64,000 nucleotides of DNA. It comes from an uncultured Chloroflexia bacterium (lineage in GTDB: Bacteria; Chloroflexota; UBA6077; JACCZL01). How positions within the stretch are numbered: position 1 is the stretch's first letter; each line of letters opens with the position of its first letter. Positions 39,173 through 49,113 of the stretch are shown one piece after another. The notes under the pieces are model-generated. The model saw only the letters and a list, made by a program, of their open reading frames with translations. It was not told where the DNA came from and searched no databases. The stretch lies in assembly GCA_963765765.1 (NCBI GenBank), contig CAVXYC010000023.1, positions 160,001-224,000 on the forward strand. Direction: 5' to 3'. The translations under genes and the position numbers were made by a program.

Positions 39173-40327
39173 ATGGCTAACGATCACAGTCATTCCCATG
39201 GTGACCACGAGCACGATCACCGTATAGAGATCCGATCCGGCGGCTCCCGTCGTTCTGATGGCCAGACGCATGCGCGCACGCACTTCCCGCGGCGAACTGA
39301 CGTCGATCAACATCCACACGACCACGATCACACGGCGTCAACGGGCTTCCTTGGTGGATTTTTCCACGGTCATAGCCATGATGCCGCGGACAGTCTCGAC
39401 GACGCGCTCGCCGGTTCGGCGGAGGGCATTCGGACGGTCCAGATCTCGCTCGGTGTGTTGGGGCTCACTGCCCTCCTTCAGGTCATCGTCGTGGTCGTGA
39501 GCGGGTCGGTCGCCCTGTTCGCAGACACCATCCACAACGTGGCCGACGCCTCCACGGCGATTCCGCTCTGGCTGGCCTTCTCGCTCAGTCGTCGGCGTCC
39601 GACGGATCGATACACCTATGGATTTGGTCGAGCCGAAGACGTTGCGGGGGTCTTTGTGCTCTTGATGATCGCCGGGTCCGCCGGGGTGGCGGCATGGGAA
39701 TCGTTCCAGCGGCTCTTGCACCCCCAGGCGATCGACCACCTGGGTTGGGTCAGCGTTGCCGCGGTGATCGGCTGTATTGGCAATGAGGCGGTGGCCCGCT
39801 ATCGGATCCGCACCGGCGAGCGCATCGGCAGTGCCGCCCTCGTGGCCGACGGTTACCACGCCCGCACGGATGGGTTGACCTCCCTCGCCGTTCTCCTGGG
39901 TGCCATCGGTGTCTGGCTCGGCTTTCCCCAGGCGGATCCTCTCGTGGGTCTGGGAATCACGGTCGCAATTTTGTTGGTGCTGAAGGACGCGGCCCGCCAG
40001 ATCTGGCATCGCCTGATGGACGCGGTGGATCCGGCGCTGTTGCAACGAGCAAGACGCGCGGCCGAATCAGCGTCGGGCGTTGAGAGTGTTTCGGAGATCC
40101 GTGCCCGGTGGATCGGGCATACCATGCACGCGGAGGTGCTCTTGACCGCGGCAGGTAGTCTGCCCTTGAACCAGGCCCACGCGGTGGCCGAGCGCGCCCG
40201 CCATGCCATGCTGCACGCTGTCCCCAAGCTCAGTAGCGTGACGGTCCACGTCGACCCGCACACCCATGATGGGCGCGACCACCATGCCGAGCTCGCCCAC
40301 CACGACCACACGGCGACGCCTCGGTAA
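39173..40327 (+). CDS. Cation diffusion facilitator (Zn/Co/Cd/Ni exporter) with His-rich termini
   Basis: ALFADTIHNVAD, YTYGFGRAE, ADGYHARTD and VHVDP motifs. Confidence 0.93.
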   Translation: MANDHSHSHGDHEHDHRIEIRSGGSRRSDGQTHARTHFPRRTDVDQHPHDHDHTASTGFLGGFFHGHSHDAADSLDDALAGSAEGIRTVQISLGVLGLTALLQVIVVVVSGSVALFADTIHNVADASTAIPLWLAFSLSRRRPTDRYTYGFGRAEDVAGVFVLLMIAGSAGVAAWESFQRLLHPQAIDHLGWVSVAAVIGCIGNEAVARYRIRTGERIGSAALVADGYHARTDGLTSLAVLLGAIGVWLGFPQADPLVGLGITVAILLVLKDAARQIWHRLMDAVDPALLQRARRAAESASGVESVSEIRARWIGHTMHAEVLLTAAGSLPLNQAHAVAERARHAMLHAVPKLSSVTVHVDPHTHDGRDHHAELAHHDHTATPR

Positions 40328-40375
40328 CACGCCGCTCGTTCCATTGATACGCGGACGGAACCAAAGGACCACAGG

Positions 40376-40834
40376 ATGCAACTTGATCGAGCATCGCTCT
40401 TCGTTGGAGGCGTCATTGGCGCCATCATGACTCTGGTTGCGCTGAGTAGCGCAATGGGGGTCAAGCCCGCCGAGGCACAGCCGGACCTTGCGGACGCGGT
40501 GCAGCGGACCCAGGTGATCGCCGTGATTTACCAGTTGGATACCGCGGGGCTGCATGACATCGATGTCGATCTGACCGCGGGACACATCCCCGCCGGCGCG
40601 CTCGGCCAGGTCCGCCGCGCACGGATCGCTGCCCAGGCCACGAGCTGGCCACATGGCGTTCAGAGCGACGCCGCGGTATTGGTCGAGGCGATGCAGCGCC
40701 TGGAGGCCGGGCTACGCGATGAAGATGCGGCGAAGGCTCAGCCGTCGGCCAAAGAGGTTCACGACCTGGAGCACGATCTCTCCAACAAGGTCTATGCCTG
40801 GCTCAGCGGCGTGACGCCGAGCGGTTCTCACTAA
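40376..40834 (+). CDS. Secreted helical protein of unknown family, paralog A (candidate metal-binding)
   Basis: Signal peptide ending AEA; clear paralog of 61213-61680. Confidence 0.85.
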   Translation: MQLDRASLFVGGVIGAIMTLVALSSAMGVKPAEAQPDLADAVQRTQVIAVIYQLDTAGLHDIDVDLTAGHIPAGALGQVRRARIAAQATSWPHGVQSDAAVLVEAMQRLEAGLRDEDAAKAQPSAKEVHDLEHDLSNKVYAWLSGVTPSGSH

Positions 40835-40884
40835 AGAACCAGACCATTACCCTACGGCCTTCGGTCGAAATCAGGCTAAGTCCA

Positions 40885-41274
40885 TCACTCGTCCAGGATG
40901 CGCACCGCGAGCGGACGTTCTGCGGTCTGTGTATAGAACACGCGCACCGGATCGGCGGCCGCCATGTGCTGGCGCAGGTGCGCGGCGCTCTGACGCTTCT
41001 CGGGGTCGTGCATCACCTCGGGACTGACATCGAAGACCCAGATCTCGCCGCGGTCATCACGGAGCGTCACCTGCTCCGCGTAAATCATGGACGATGCCTG
41101 AACATCGAGCAGCACGCCGCGCACCATGGGGCCGGATGCCCCGCTCCGCTGGCTGGACCAGACAACGGCGAGGGCGACACCCAGCCCAATAAGGAGCATG
41201 ACTCCAAGCCGGATGCGACGGCTGCGCACCGACGTCCTCACCAACCTGCACGCCGCCCGCGGGCGAGTGGACAT
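40885..41274 (-). CDS. Membrane-anchored beta-rich hypothetical protein with HLRQHM motif
   Basis: Single TM helix followed by an OB-fold-like strand pattern. Confidence 0.65.
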   Translation of the reverse strand: MSTRPRAACRLVRTSVRSRRIRLGVMLLIGLGVALAVVWSSQRSGASGPMVRGVLLDVQASSMIYAEQVTLRDDRGEIWVFDVSPEVMHDPEKRQSAAHLRQHMAAADPVRVFYTQTAERPLAVRILDE

Positions 41275-41341
41275 AGCTGCGGGGCTTCTATGACGTCGAC
41301 AATCGATCCACGGCCTCCGGGGGAACGAAGGTAGTTCACCC

Positions 41342-41536
41342 TCATAGTGACCGCGTCTCGTTCGGCGATGCGAGATCGTCCTCGTCGTCTCGGAACGCCG
41401 TGCGCTGCGTAACATGGGCCACGGCAATCGCCACGATGACGCCCGCGATGAGCACGATCAGCTCATCCCAACCGCCGAAGACCCCGCGCAGAGCAAGCAA
41501 AGCGGACACCGGAAGCTGTGCGTGCGACATGCTCAT
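41342..41536 (-). CDS. Small single-TM protein
   Basis: GGWDELIVLIAG TM segment with acidic tail; lies in the same-strand cluster. Confidence 0.5.
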   Translation of the reverse strand: MSMSHAQLPVSALLALRGVFGGWDELIVLIAGVIVAIAVAHVTQRTAFRDDEDDLASPNETRSL

Positions 41537-41561
41537 ATTCTGAGGAGCTTATCCGACTTCC

Positions 41562-42392
41562 TCAAACTTTTTCGCGCGCCGCGAGACGAGCGAACACGGT
41601 TGATGCGGCGATCAGCATCAATGTTGCCGACCCGACCAGCATCTGGACGCCGGCAAGTTGCTGATCCACCAGCGCGTTGATCCCCAGGCCATCTTGCCGC
41701 TCCAGATAGACCTGATAGATGGGCTTGTTTGAGAACGTCAGCAGGGCTCCCAGCACCTTGGATTGCACGACCATCGCAACTGCGATGTAGAGCAGCCGCG
41801 CCCCATGCGCGAGCCCCGGACGGCCCGGGATCGGGTGGATCACCGGCCACCAGAACAACAGCGCCGTCACCATCAGCGTGGCGTGCTGCAGATCGTGGGT
41901 GAGGTTCGATCGGAGAGCGGCCTCATAGGCCTCCGGAATGTGCCAGAACCAGACGGTCACCGTATGAACGGCCAATGCCACGGGCGGACGGGTGAGTTGG
42001 TGTGCCAGGCTTGCCAGGAATGTTTGACGAGCGAATGCCGCCCCGAGCGCCTGACGTGCCTTGGGCGGTACCGCCCAGAGCATCGGCACAACCGGAATGC
42101 CGAGTGACAACAACGGAGCGGCGATCTGCGTCAGCAGCAGATGCTGCGCCATATGCGCCGCAAAGTATCGCGTCGCGAATGCGTCGAGGGGGCTGAACAG
42201 TGCCACGCCCACAGCGACCAGCCCGCACGCATAGGCCACGGGGCGCCAGATCGGCAAGATAGAGCGGCGACTGGGCCGCTCCCAAAAGCGGGTGGCTCCA
42301 GCGAAGTAGAGCGCGCCCAGGAACCCAAGCAGAAGGGTGAGAACGGGCTGCATCGTAATCGGGACAAATAGGTTGACGGCGGGCAAAGGCAT
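41562..42392 (-). CDS. ctaG: Cytochrome c oxidase assembly factor, Caa3_CtaG family
   Basis: SPLD, AHMAQHLLL, WFWH, HDLQH, LLFWWPVI and DQQLAG motifs. Confidence 0.88.
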   Translation of the reverse strand: MPLPAVNLFVPITMQPVLTLLLGFLGALYFAGATRFWERPSRRSILPIWRPVAYACGLVAVGVALFSPLDAFATRYFAAHMAQHLLLTQIAAPLLSLGIPVVPMLWAVPPKARQALGAAFARQTFLASLAHQLTRPPVALAVHTVTVWFWHIPEAYEAALRSNLTHDLQHATLMVTALLFWWPVIHPIPGRPGLAHGARLLYIAVAMVVQSKVLGALLTFSNKPIYQVYLERQDGLGINALVDQQLAGVQMLVGSATLMLIAASTVFARLAAREKV

Positions 42393-42539
42393 ACGGACGA
42401 GCAGTCCTCGGGCTGCAGAGCTGCGCGGGCGATCGCACGTTGAGTGACTTTCGCGGCCATCGTATCCAAGTTGCACGGCGATGGACGAATTCCGTTTGTG
42501 CGAATGTGCTGTCTATCCGCCGACGCTCGCGGTCTGGGA

Positions 42540-42915
42540 TCACTCTCCCAGAATGGTGACAAGCACGCGTTCGTAGTCCGCGGCCTGAGCGGGGTGAGTC
42601 TCCGGGATACCCGAACGATCACGGTCCCCCGTCCGAAGATATGCCCGTCGATCATACGAAGCTCCTCAAATCCGTAGAGGTACTCGTTGACGGAGCTCGC
42701 GATCGGCGACCGAGTGGAAGATCTCGATGGATCCGCCGGTGCTTACACTGGTCGTCTTCATCCCGACACTGGGCTCGATACGGCCATCACGCCAGGTGAC
42801 CTTTCGAAAATACTGAGACGGCTCCCCGAGCAGGCCGTTCGGGTCGGTGGCGTTCGTGTACTCCTTAGCGTCGATGATCGCGATACCAACGCATTGGAAC
42901 TGATCGAGGATGAGC
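42540..42915 (-). pseudogene. Remnant of a secreted/lipoprotein-like gene (two frameshifts)
   Basis: Manual minus-strand translation gives TDPNGLLGEPSQYFRKVTWRDGR...GGSIEIF...GTVIVRVSRRLTP/AQAADYERVL*. Confidence 0.5.
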
Positions 42916-42986
42916 TACTACAAGACGCTCACCTTGAGTACATCGAGGCTACGCAGGCCCCGAGAGATGGAAGGGCGTGCGAATGC

Positions 42987-43229
42987 CTAGCGGCGAGTCT
43001 GCGAAGGGGGGTCTGCGCCCGTGGGGACGTCGGATTCGCTCTCCGACGTCGCGGAATCCTCGGCGAACTGCCAACCGAAGACACGCGACGCTTTGGTGAA
43101 TGCGATCTCGAAACCGATGGCAAGGCCCGTCAAGCCCACGCCGGATCCCACAAGCATGACAATATCGTCTACCGCTCCGCCGCATATGGCGCAGGCAACG
43201 ACTGATGCGGGCAACATGTCCGGAGTCAT
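42987..43229 (-). CDS. Small CxxC single-TM protein
   Basis: GAGGGAG RBS; ACAICG followed by a TM helix and an acidic tail. Confidence 0.6.
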   Translation of the reverse strand: MTPDMLPASVVACAICGGAVDDIVMLVGSGVGLTGLAIGFEIAFTKASRVFGWQFAEDSATSESESDVPTGADPPSQTRR

Positions 43230-43752
43230 GGCTCCCTCGTGCCCTCTCGTCGGAGGGCTTTCTCGGGCATTATGTCACACCGTCGGACTGCCTTGAGAGT
43301 GCGGACTGCAATCGGGAACCGCTCTGGTTCCTGTAACCCCCAGTAGGGCTACTACAACCGGTGCGGTCTCTGTCGTTAAGTCACGCGCAGCCTATATCGT
43401 GAGCGCAACACCTAGGATAAGCTGCCTTCGGGCTCACGCTCGTCATGTCCCATCGCAAGCGCGCCCAAGACCCTTACTGGAGTCTTGGAAGCGTCGCTTG
43501 ATCGATGCCCGCCTTAGCCATGAGCCCAAGGATGAAACCCAGCACAATCTTCACTATGTCCCAAGTTCTATCGCTCGTTTTTTTCTCCGAAGCCTGCCGG
43601 ATCAGATCCTCGTTCTGATAACCCCATTACCAGACAGCCGGTTCCTGTAACCACGGTTCAGGAAAACGCTAAATAACGATTAGGTCTCCCTTAGCGGTTA
43701 TTGAGTCTCACCCCTGCTCATCACCCGAACGGCGCCACCGAGAAGCCGATAG

Positions 43753-43863
43753 CAGCAGCTCATGGTTCACTGGGCGGAGGGTATGCCGCCGGAGGAGCTC
43801 AATGAGTAGCTCCGCTGGTTCGCCAAGGACGTGATGTCGGCAATTACGGGGGACTCGGCATAG
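43753..43863 (+). pseudogene. C-terminal remnant of an LLM-class (luciferase-like) monooxygenase
   Basis: QQLMVHWAEGMPPEELNE*LRWFAKDVM with an internal TAG. Confidence 0.45.
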
Positions 43864-43958
43864 CGCCTGTGCACGGCGTCAGAGGAACAAAGTAGGCTTT
43901 CTGAGGTGATCCAAGTGCGTCCCGGCCCTGGGCCAGGCGACTCGAAAGTGAAGAGGAC

Positions 43959-44387
43959 ATGATCGACCAGAGTATTCGCCTTGCGCCCTGCCGTCTTGAG
44001 GACATTGGGGCTGTGCTGGAGCTGTGGGATCTGGCTCATATCATTCCGCTTGCCGGGGACTCAGTGGGAGCGCTGCGGCTTCGACTCGAGCGCGACGCCG
44101 ACCTGTTCCTTCTGGCGTGGTCGGGCGATACCCTCGTTGGAACCCTCATGGGCGGTTGGGATGGTTGGCGCGGCGGCATGTATCGCCTGGCGACGCATCC
44201 AGACTTCCGTCGCCGAGGCATCGCGCGGATGCTCGTTCAGGCGGTGGAGAAGGCGCTCCAGACCCGCGGCGCAACTCGCATCACCAGCCTGGTCGTTCGA
44301 CGTGAACCAGGATCTCCTGAATTCTGGCGAAGTGTTGGCTACCAGCCCGACTCGGACATTGACCGCTACGCCAAAGTGCTCGACTAA
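43959..44387 (+). CDS. GNAT N-acetyltransferase (YpeA-like)
   Basis: GGWDGWRG.MYRLA.HPDFRRRGIA and FW...GY motifs. Confidence 0.9.
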   Translation: MIDQSIRLAPCRLEDIGAVLELWDLAHIIPLAGDSVGALRLRLERDADLFLLAWSGDTLVGTLMGGWDGWRGGMYRLATHPDFRRRGIARMLVQAVEKALQTRGATRITSLVVRREPGSPEFWRSVGYQPDSDIDRYAKVLD

Positions 44388-44719
44388 CCAGTAACTTTTC
44401 GGACCCGGCACTTTCGCGCTGATCGACCTCGGCTACTAACCGACCCGAACGACCTCATGGACTTCATCGCGTCTGGAATGTCGCCTCGCGGATGATAGGG
44501 TTGATGGCCACCGCGTCACCTCCGCCGGAGCACGTGAATCATGGGCGCCCAGATGCAATCCCGGTCTGGACCGTCGCTCCCTCTTGCCGTTTAACGGGAT
44601 CCCGAGTTCCATAATCACCATCATTATCAGTACCGCTGGTGCCCGTAACCCCCATTCTGGGAACCATTCTCCGAAAACCTGAGATTAACCACGAATTTCG
44701 CGTTCCTAATAATGCCGCC

Positions 44720-44775
44720 TTGACATGGTTATAGGAACCATGTTTTGCTGGAGTCACCCCGTTGAACATCTGTTC
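44720..44775. promoter_or_regulatory. TTGACA with 8-bp inverted repeat and a second LexA-like box
   Basis: TTGACA at 44720-44725; ACATGGTT-N5-AACCATGT at 44723-44743; GAAC-ATCT-GTTC at 44764-44775. Confidence 0.5.
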
Positions 44776-44809
44776 CAGGTATGCAACGCCGGGTCCCTGA
44801 TGACCGCGG

Positions 44810-45124
44810 TGCCAGTACCGGCTGCTTGGTGGTGCCTCGTTTCCCGTTTGCGTCGAAGGCGAGATTGATGTCAAGCGGGATGTTCAGGCACACGCGGCCT
44901 CCTGGCTCCAGCACGCGTCGGAGCTCCTGCATCCAGGTATCCACCCAGCTCAAGTAGCTCTGGTAGGTGGCGTTATCCCGGGCTGTGCCGTAGTCGTTGC
45001 CGAGGTTGTAGGGCAGTGATGTCACTACGAGCTGGATGCTGTTGCTGGCCAGGAACGACAAATTGGTGCAGTCGGCCTGAAACAGACGCACGAGCTCGTC
45101 GGCGTAGTATGGTCGCGGATTCAT
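44810..45124 (-). pseudogene. N-terminal fragment of a DNA methyltransferase paralogous to 31644-32513
   Basis: PYYADELV...VTSLPYNL...GGRVCLNIPLD aligns with the intact MTase, then breaks off; SPPY is changed to SLPY. Confidence 0.8.
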
Positions 45125-45262
45125 CACTGGAGAGAGGCGCTGACTCACGGCGGAGCGAGACTAGCATGATCTGGACAGATGTGGCTAAATCGCGACGTTG
45201 TTTCCCGGTCCCCTGCAAGATGTCGGGGTGAGGGAAACTAGGACTCCATCAGCCGAAATGGC

Positions 45263-46744
45263 CTACCCGCGCGCCGCGGCAAACGCGGCGTACTTGTAGC
45301 GGGCGTCGCTGGCATCCATCGCGGAACGGAGGCGCTCGCCGCTGATGACGCGATCCCAGCCTGGGCCATCGTGATTGATCGGGTCGTTGTAGAGGAATCC
45401 GTCGTCGAGGGCGCCGGTGATCACCACATAGTGGTCGGCATAGTAGGCCACGCCTTCATTGCCGGGAAGGCGGCGATAGTAGACCTGAGCAAGGACCGGT
45501 TGGCCTTGCTGTAGATGCTCGCGAATCTCATCGTTTGTCCAGCGGTTGATGTCATTGCCGTCGTAGAGGCCCACTGCCTTGAGGCCATGGCTCTCCGCCA
45601 CCTTCGCCAGGGCCGTGAGCAACGTGCCAGTGCCATTGCCGAAGATGCCCTGTGCTGAAAGTACCTTGGGTCGAACCTCCGCGGGAGACATTGAAACGCC
45701 GAAGGTCTCCAGGATCATGCTCAGCGAGGTGGGGCCGCAATTGGCTAGAGCCCATGGACCACCGTCAAGCTGGGACTTGTATGGAACAAACACGTGCGAG
45801 ATATCCATACGGGTCGCTTGCGGATACGATCGCGGCAGCTCACGGGGCGCAGGTGCTCGACCAATTTGAACCATAGCGGCATCGACGTAACCCGTCATTG
45901 CCTGGCGCGTGCGTCCGTCCCCGGGGTCACGCACCTGGATGCGGCGTCCTGCCAGACCTCCAGATCGCTCCAGCCGTACTCCGGCCGGCAGCGAGTGAAG
46001 TCGGCGTCCGCCGCCATTGAAAAGCACTGTGTCTGAGCTCACCTGAAGCCAGCCCGCGGCCAGTAGGCCGTCCAGATTCTCGGGCATTGGAAGCGACTCG
46101 CCAGAATCGATCGCGACGAGCGGGTCAGGCGTTGCCACCACAGAATCCGATTGACCCGGAGCGAGCGGCCGCCCGCCTGGCAAGAAAAGGTGCGTACCGT
46201 CGATCACGCTGTCGGCATCATCGATCTGGTTCTGTGTCAACACCGCGGCCATGTCAATACCGAAGCGCAGAGCGATGGCATGTAGCCCGTCGCCCGGCTG
46301 CACCGTGTAATACAAGCCATCAAGTGGTGGGACTTTGAGCTTCTGCCCGGACACGATCAAGTCGGGGTTGTCGAGATTGTTGGCCCACACCAGGGTTTCT
46401 GCGCGAAGCCCGTACTCTTCGGCGATAGTAAGGAGCGAGTCGCCATCCTGGATTGCGTACTCGACCGTGTCCTTCCGGGGCGCCTGGGCCTCGGGCGCCG
46501 GCTCAGCCAGGGCCGCGAACTCTGACGTGGGGTACTCAACCGACTGTGGCGCGTCAGCGCCCAGGTAGACGGGAGTCTCCTCTGCGCCCTCGTCGGTCGC
46601 GGTAGGCTGGGAGCCCGGTAGGTAGAGCATCCCTGGATTGAAGTGGAGCCAGACCGACACCATGATCCCGGTAAGCACAATTCCACTAACCCAGCGGAAG
46701 GGGCTTACATTCGATCGACGCCGGCGGTTCGTTACTCGCGACAT
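45263..46744 (-). CDS. Membrane-anchored LysM(x2) protein with C39-like peptidase domain
   Basis: Two LysM repeats; SQLD...NCGPTSLSM, HYVV and YNDP catalytic motifs. Confidence 0.88.
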   Translation of the reverse strand: MSRVTNRRRRSNVSPFRWVSGIVLTGIMVSVWLHFNPGMLYLPGSQPTATDEGAEETPVYLGADAPQSVEYPTSEFAALAEPAPEAQAPRKDTVEYAIQDGDSLLTIAEEYGLRAETLVWANNLDNPDLIVSGQKLKVPPLDGLYYTVQPGDGLHAIALRFGIDMAAVLTQNQIDDADSVIDGTHLFLPGGRPLAPGQSDSVVATPDPLVAIDSGESLPMPENLDGLLAAGWLQVSSDTVLFNGGGRRLHSLPAGVRLERSGGLAGRRIQVRDPGDGRTRQAMTGYVDAAMVQIGRAPAPRELPRSYPQATRMDISHVFVPYKSQLDGGPWALANCGPTSLSMILETFGVSMSPAEVRPKVLSAQGIFGNGTGTLLTALAKVAESHGLKAVGLYDGNDINRWTNDEIREHLQQGQPVLAQVYYRRLPGNEGVAYYADHYVVITGALDDGFLYNDPINHDGPGWDRVISGERLRSAMDASDARYKYAAFAAARG

Positions 46745-46982
46745 ATCGATTTGAAGTCAGCGTACCAGCCGACGGCCGGCGAGCGAGCCGTCGGATCATC
46801 ACGCCTGAATTACGTTCCGGAGCTGCTAACTACTGCAGGGTGCAGTTGACTATAAGGGAGGCATGGAAGCGCTGTAAACGTGGCGAGATTGTGGAGCTCT
46901 GTGCACTCTTATCCCAATCTCGGTTCCCCGAAGCACGATACTGGCCGCAGTCCACGCTGGACCGGATGTCCTTCCGTTCAGC

Positions 46983-47636
46983 CTAAATTTCGATTGGCTG
47001 TCGAGCATTCTCGTCGAGCAAGAGCGCAAACTGACCGAGAATGCGAGCAGTGGCGCCCCAGATCTTGTGCTCACCCCAGGGGTAGAACGAAACGGTCCGA
47101 GCACCGGTGCCGAGCTGGCGTACCTCCTCACGCATGGCGGTTGCGTCGGTCAACAGCGTCAGTGGTACTTCCAGAATCTCCGCCACTTCGTCCGGGCTGG
47201 GGGCAAACGTTGGTCGGTGAGGTACGAACCCGACGAAGGGCGTGATGCGGTACGCGCTGACGGTGACGACTGAATGATCCAGCGCGCCCCAGATCTCAAC
47301 CGAGTCGCGCGGTACGCCGAGCTCCTCTTCGGTCTCCCGCAAGGCCGTGGCCAATAGCGAGCCATCACCGGGCTCATATCCCCCGCCGGGGAGTGAGATC
47401 TGCCCGGCGTGCCGACGCAGGTGACCCGGTCGAAGTGTTAGCACCAGGTAGGGTGTGTTCTCCAGAGGGTAGACAAGGATGAGCACTGCCCCCGGTCGCC
47501 ACGGCGCGAGATCGTTTGATGAGACGATGGGTACGGCATCCAACGTTCTAAATTGCAGACGACTTTTGAGAATGTCCAGTGGAGGGGGAAGTTCCATGTC
47601 TGCCTTAGATGGTAGCGCACCGTCCCAGTCGCGCAC
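46983..47636 (-). CDS. Nudix CoA pyrophosphatase
   Basis: LTLR...HAGQISLPGG, ALRETEEELG and IWGATA motifs. Confidence 0.9.
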   Translation of the reverse strand: MRDWDGALPSKADMELPPPLDILKSRLQFRTLDAVPIVSSNDLAPWRPGAVLILVYPLENTPYLVLTLRPGHLRRHAGQISLPGGGYEPGDGSLLATALRETEEELGVPRDSVEIWGALDHSVVTVSAYRITPFVGFVPHRPTFAPSPDEVAEILEVPLTLLTDATAMREEVRQLGTGARTVSFYPWGEHKIWGATARILGQFALLLDENARQPIEI

Positions 47637-47780
47637 CTAGCGAGCGGTTCTTCTCGCCAACATCCCCACACACGCGACCCCGCAGGGAATTCGACTCTGT
47701 TTTGGCTCGCGGATTAGACGGTGGGCGGAGCGTCGCGCGGTATCATGATGTCGCTCTACGACGCGTACGGAGGCCGCGTA

Positions 47781-49009
47781 ATGCGGTTCAGGGCTGCTCC
47801 TCGATCGGTGTCCCAGGGCCTGGCGATCTTGGTCCTGGGCGTGGCTCTGGGCGTCCCAATCGGCGCCGTGACTAGCCCGCGGATCCAGATTCCGGGACTA
47901 CAAGCACCCGCGGACACCTCACAGCCGGTAGTAGAAGCGGCCGAGACTACGACGGGCGAGCGGCCCGACATGGCTCTCTTCCGGGAAGCCTGGCGCACGG
48001 TGAATGACGAGTTCGTCAATCGTTCCGCGCTGGATGAGCGGCGCATGACCTACGGGGCGATCCGTGGGATGGTCCAGAGTCTCGGCGATTCCAATACGCT
48101 CTTTCAGACGCCCGAAGAGCGGCAGTCGGAGATGGGTGCATTCAGTGGGCGATTTCAGGGAATTGGAACATACATCGATGCGCGTGACAGCCGCATCGTC
48201 ATTCTTTCCTCTATAGAGGGCAGTCCCGGCGGCGCGGAGCGGTGTGCTGGCGGGTGACGTCGTCCTGTCGGTTGATGGCCAGGATGTTGGGGGGCTCACG
48301 GTGCAGCAAGTCTCGGGACGCGTGCGCGGGCCCAAGGGTACCGTGGTCACGCTCCTACTTCTACGTGGAACGGAGACCGTTGAGCTTGCCATCGAGCGTG
48401 ACGAGATTCCGCTGATCTCGGCGCGCGGAAACCTCATAGAGCCTGGTATTGGCCTGTTGCGAATGACGGGATTTACTGAGCGCTCCGACGCCGAGGTGGC
48501 AGGCGCCCTGGATTCAATGACGCAGCAGGGCGTTCATCGTCTGGTTCTTGACCTGCGCGGAAATCCGGGCGGCTTGCTGGAGCCAGCTGTGGAAGTGGCC
48601 AGCCCGGCTCACCACCATCAATCCCATTGTGTGGCAGGAGAATGCTGAAGGTCAGCGATACGCCTATGACCGGCGGAACGATCGTCCGTCGGTGGATTGG
48701 CCGATTGTTGTTCTACTGGACCGCGGCTCTGCAAGCGCCTCAGAGGTCATTGCCGCTGCCCTGCGGGACTCGGGTCGGGCCACCCTCGTGGGACAGCGCT
48801 CGTATGGAAAAGGCACCGTTCAGTATTTGCACCAGCTCAGTGATGGCGCCGGATTGCGTGTGACCGCCGCACGGTGGATCAGCCCCGCTGGAACGCACCT
48901 CGATCAAGGCGGAATAGAGCCGGATGTCCCGATTGCTGATCCGCGGACGGAAGAGAGCGATCCGTCAATGGATGCGGCGCTGCAGATACTGCGGTCACTG
49001 GCCCCATGA
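47781..49009 (+). CDS. ctpA: S41 C-terminal processing protease; two apparent frameshifts (near 48230 and 48600)
   Basis: FQGIG, PDZ segment, LDLRGNPGG, SASASE, GKGTVQ and GIEPD over three frames. Confidence 0.85.
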
Positions 49010-49113
49010 CCCATATGCCAGCCCCCAGCTCCCAGGCCGGTTCCACGCTCGTTCGGGTAGTCGGCTGCTCAATCCTTCAGTCATTCCAATTGCTGCGATA
49101 ATTCGGCTCACCA

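Noticed and set aside
43326-43652. 13-bp direct repeat GGTTCCTGTAACC (near 43326 and 43640) as att sites or ECF promoters
   Set aside because: No integrase or matching -10 element, and only about 310 bp apart; insufficient support.
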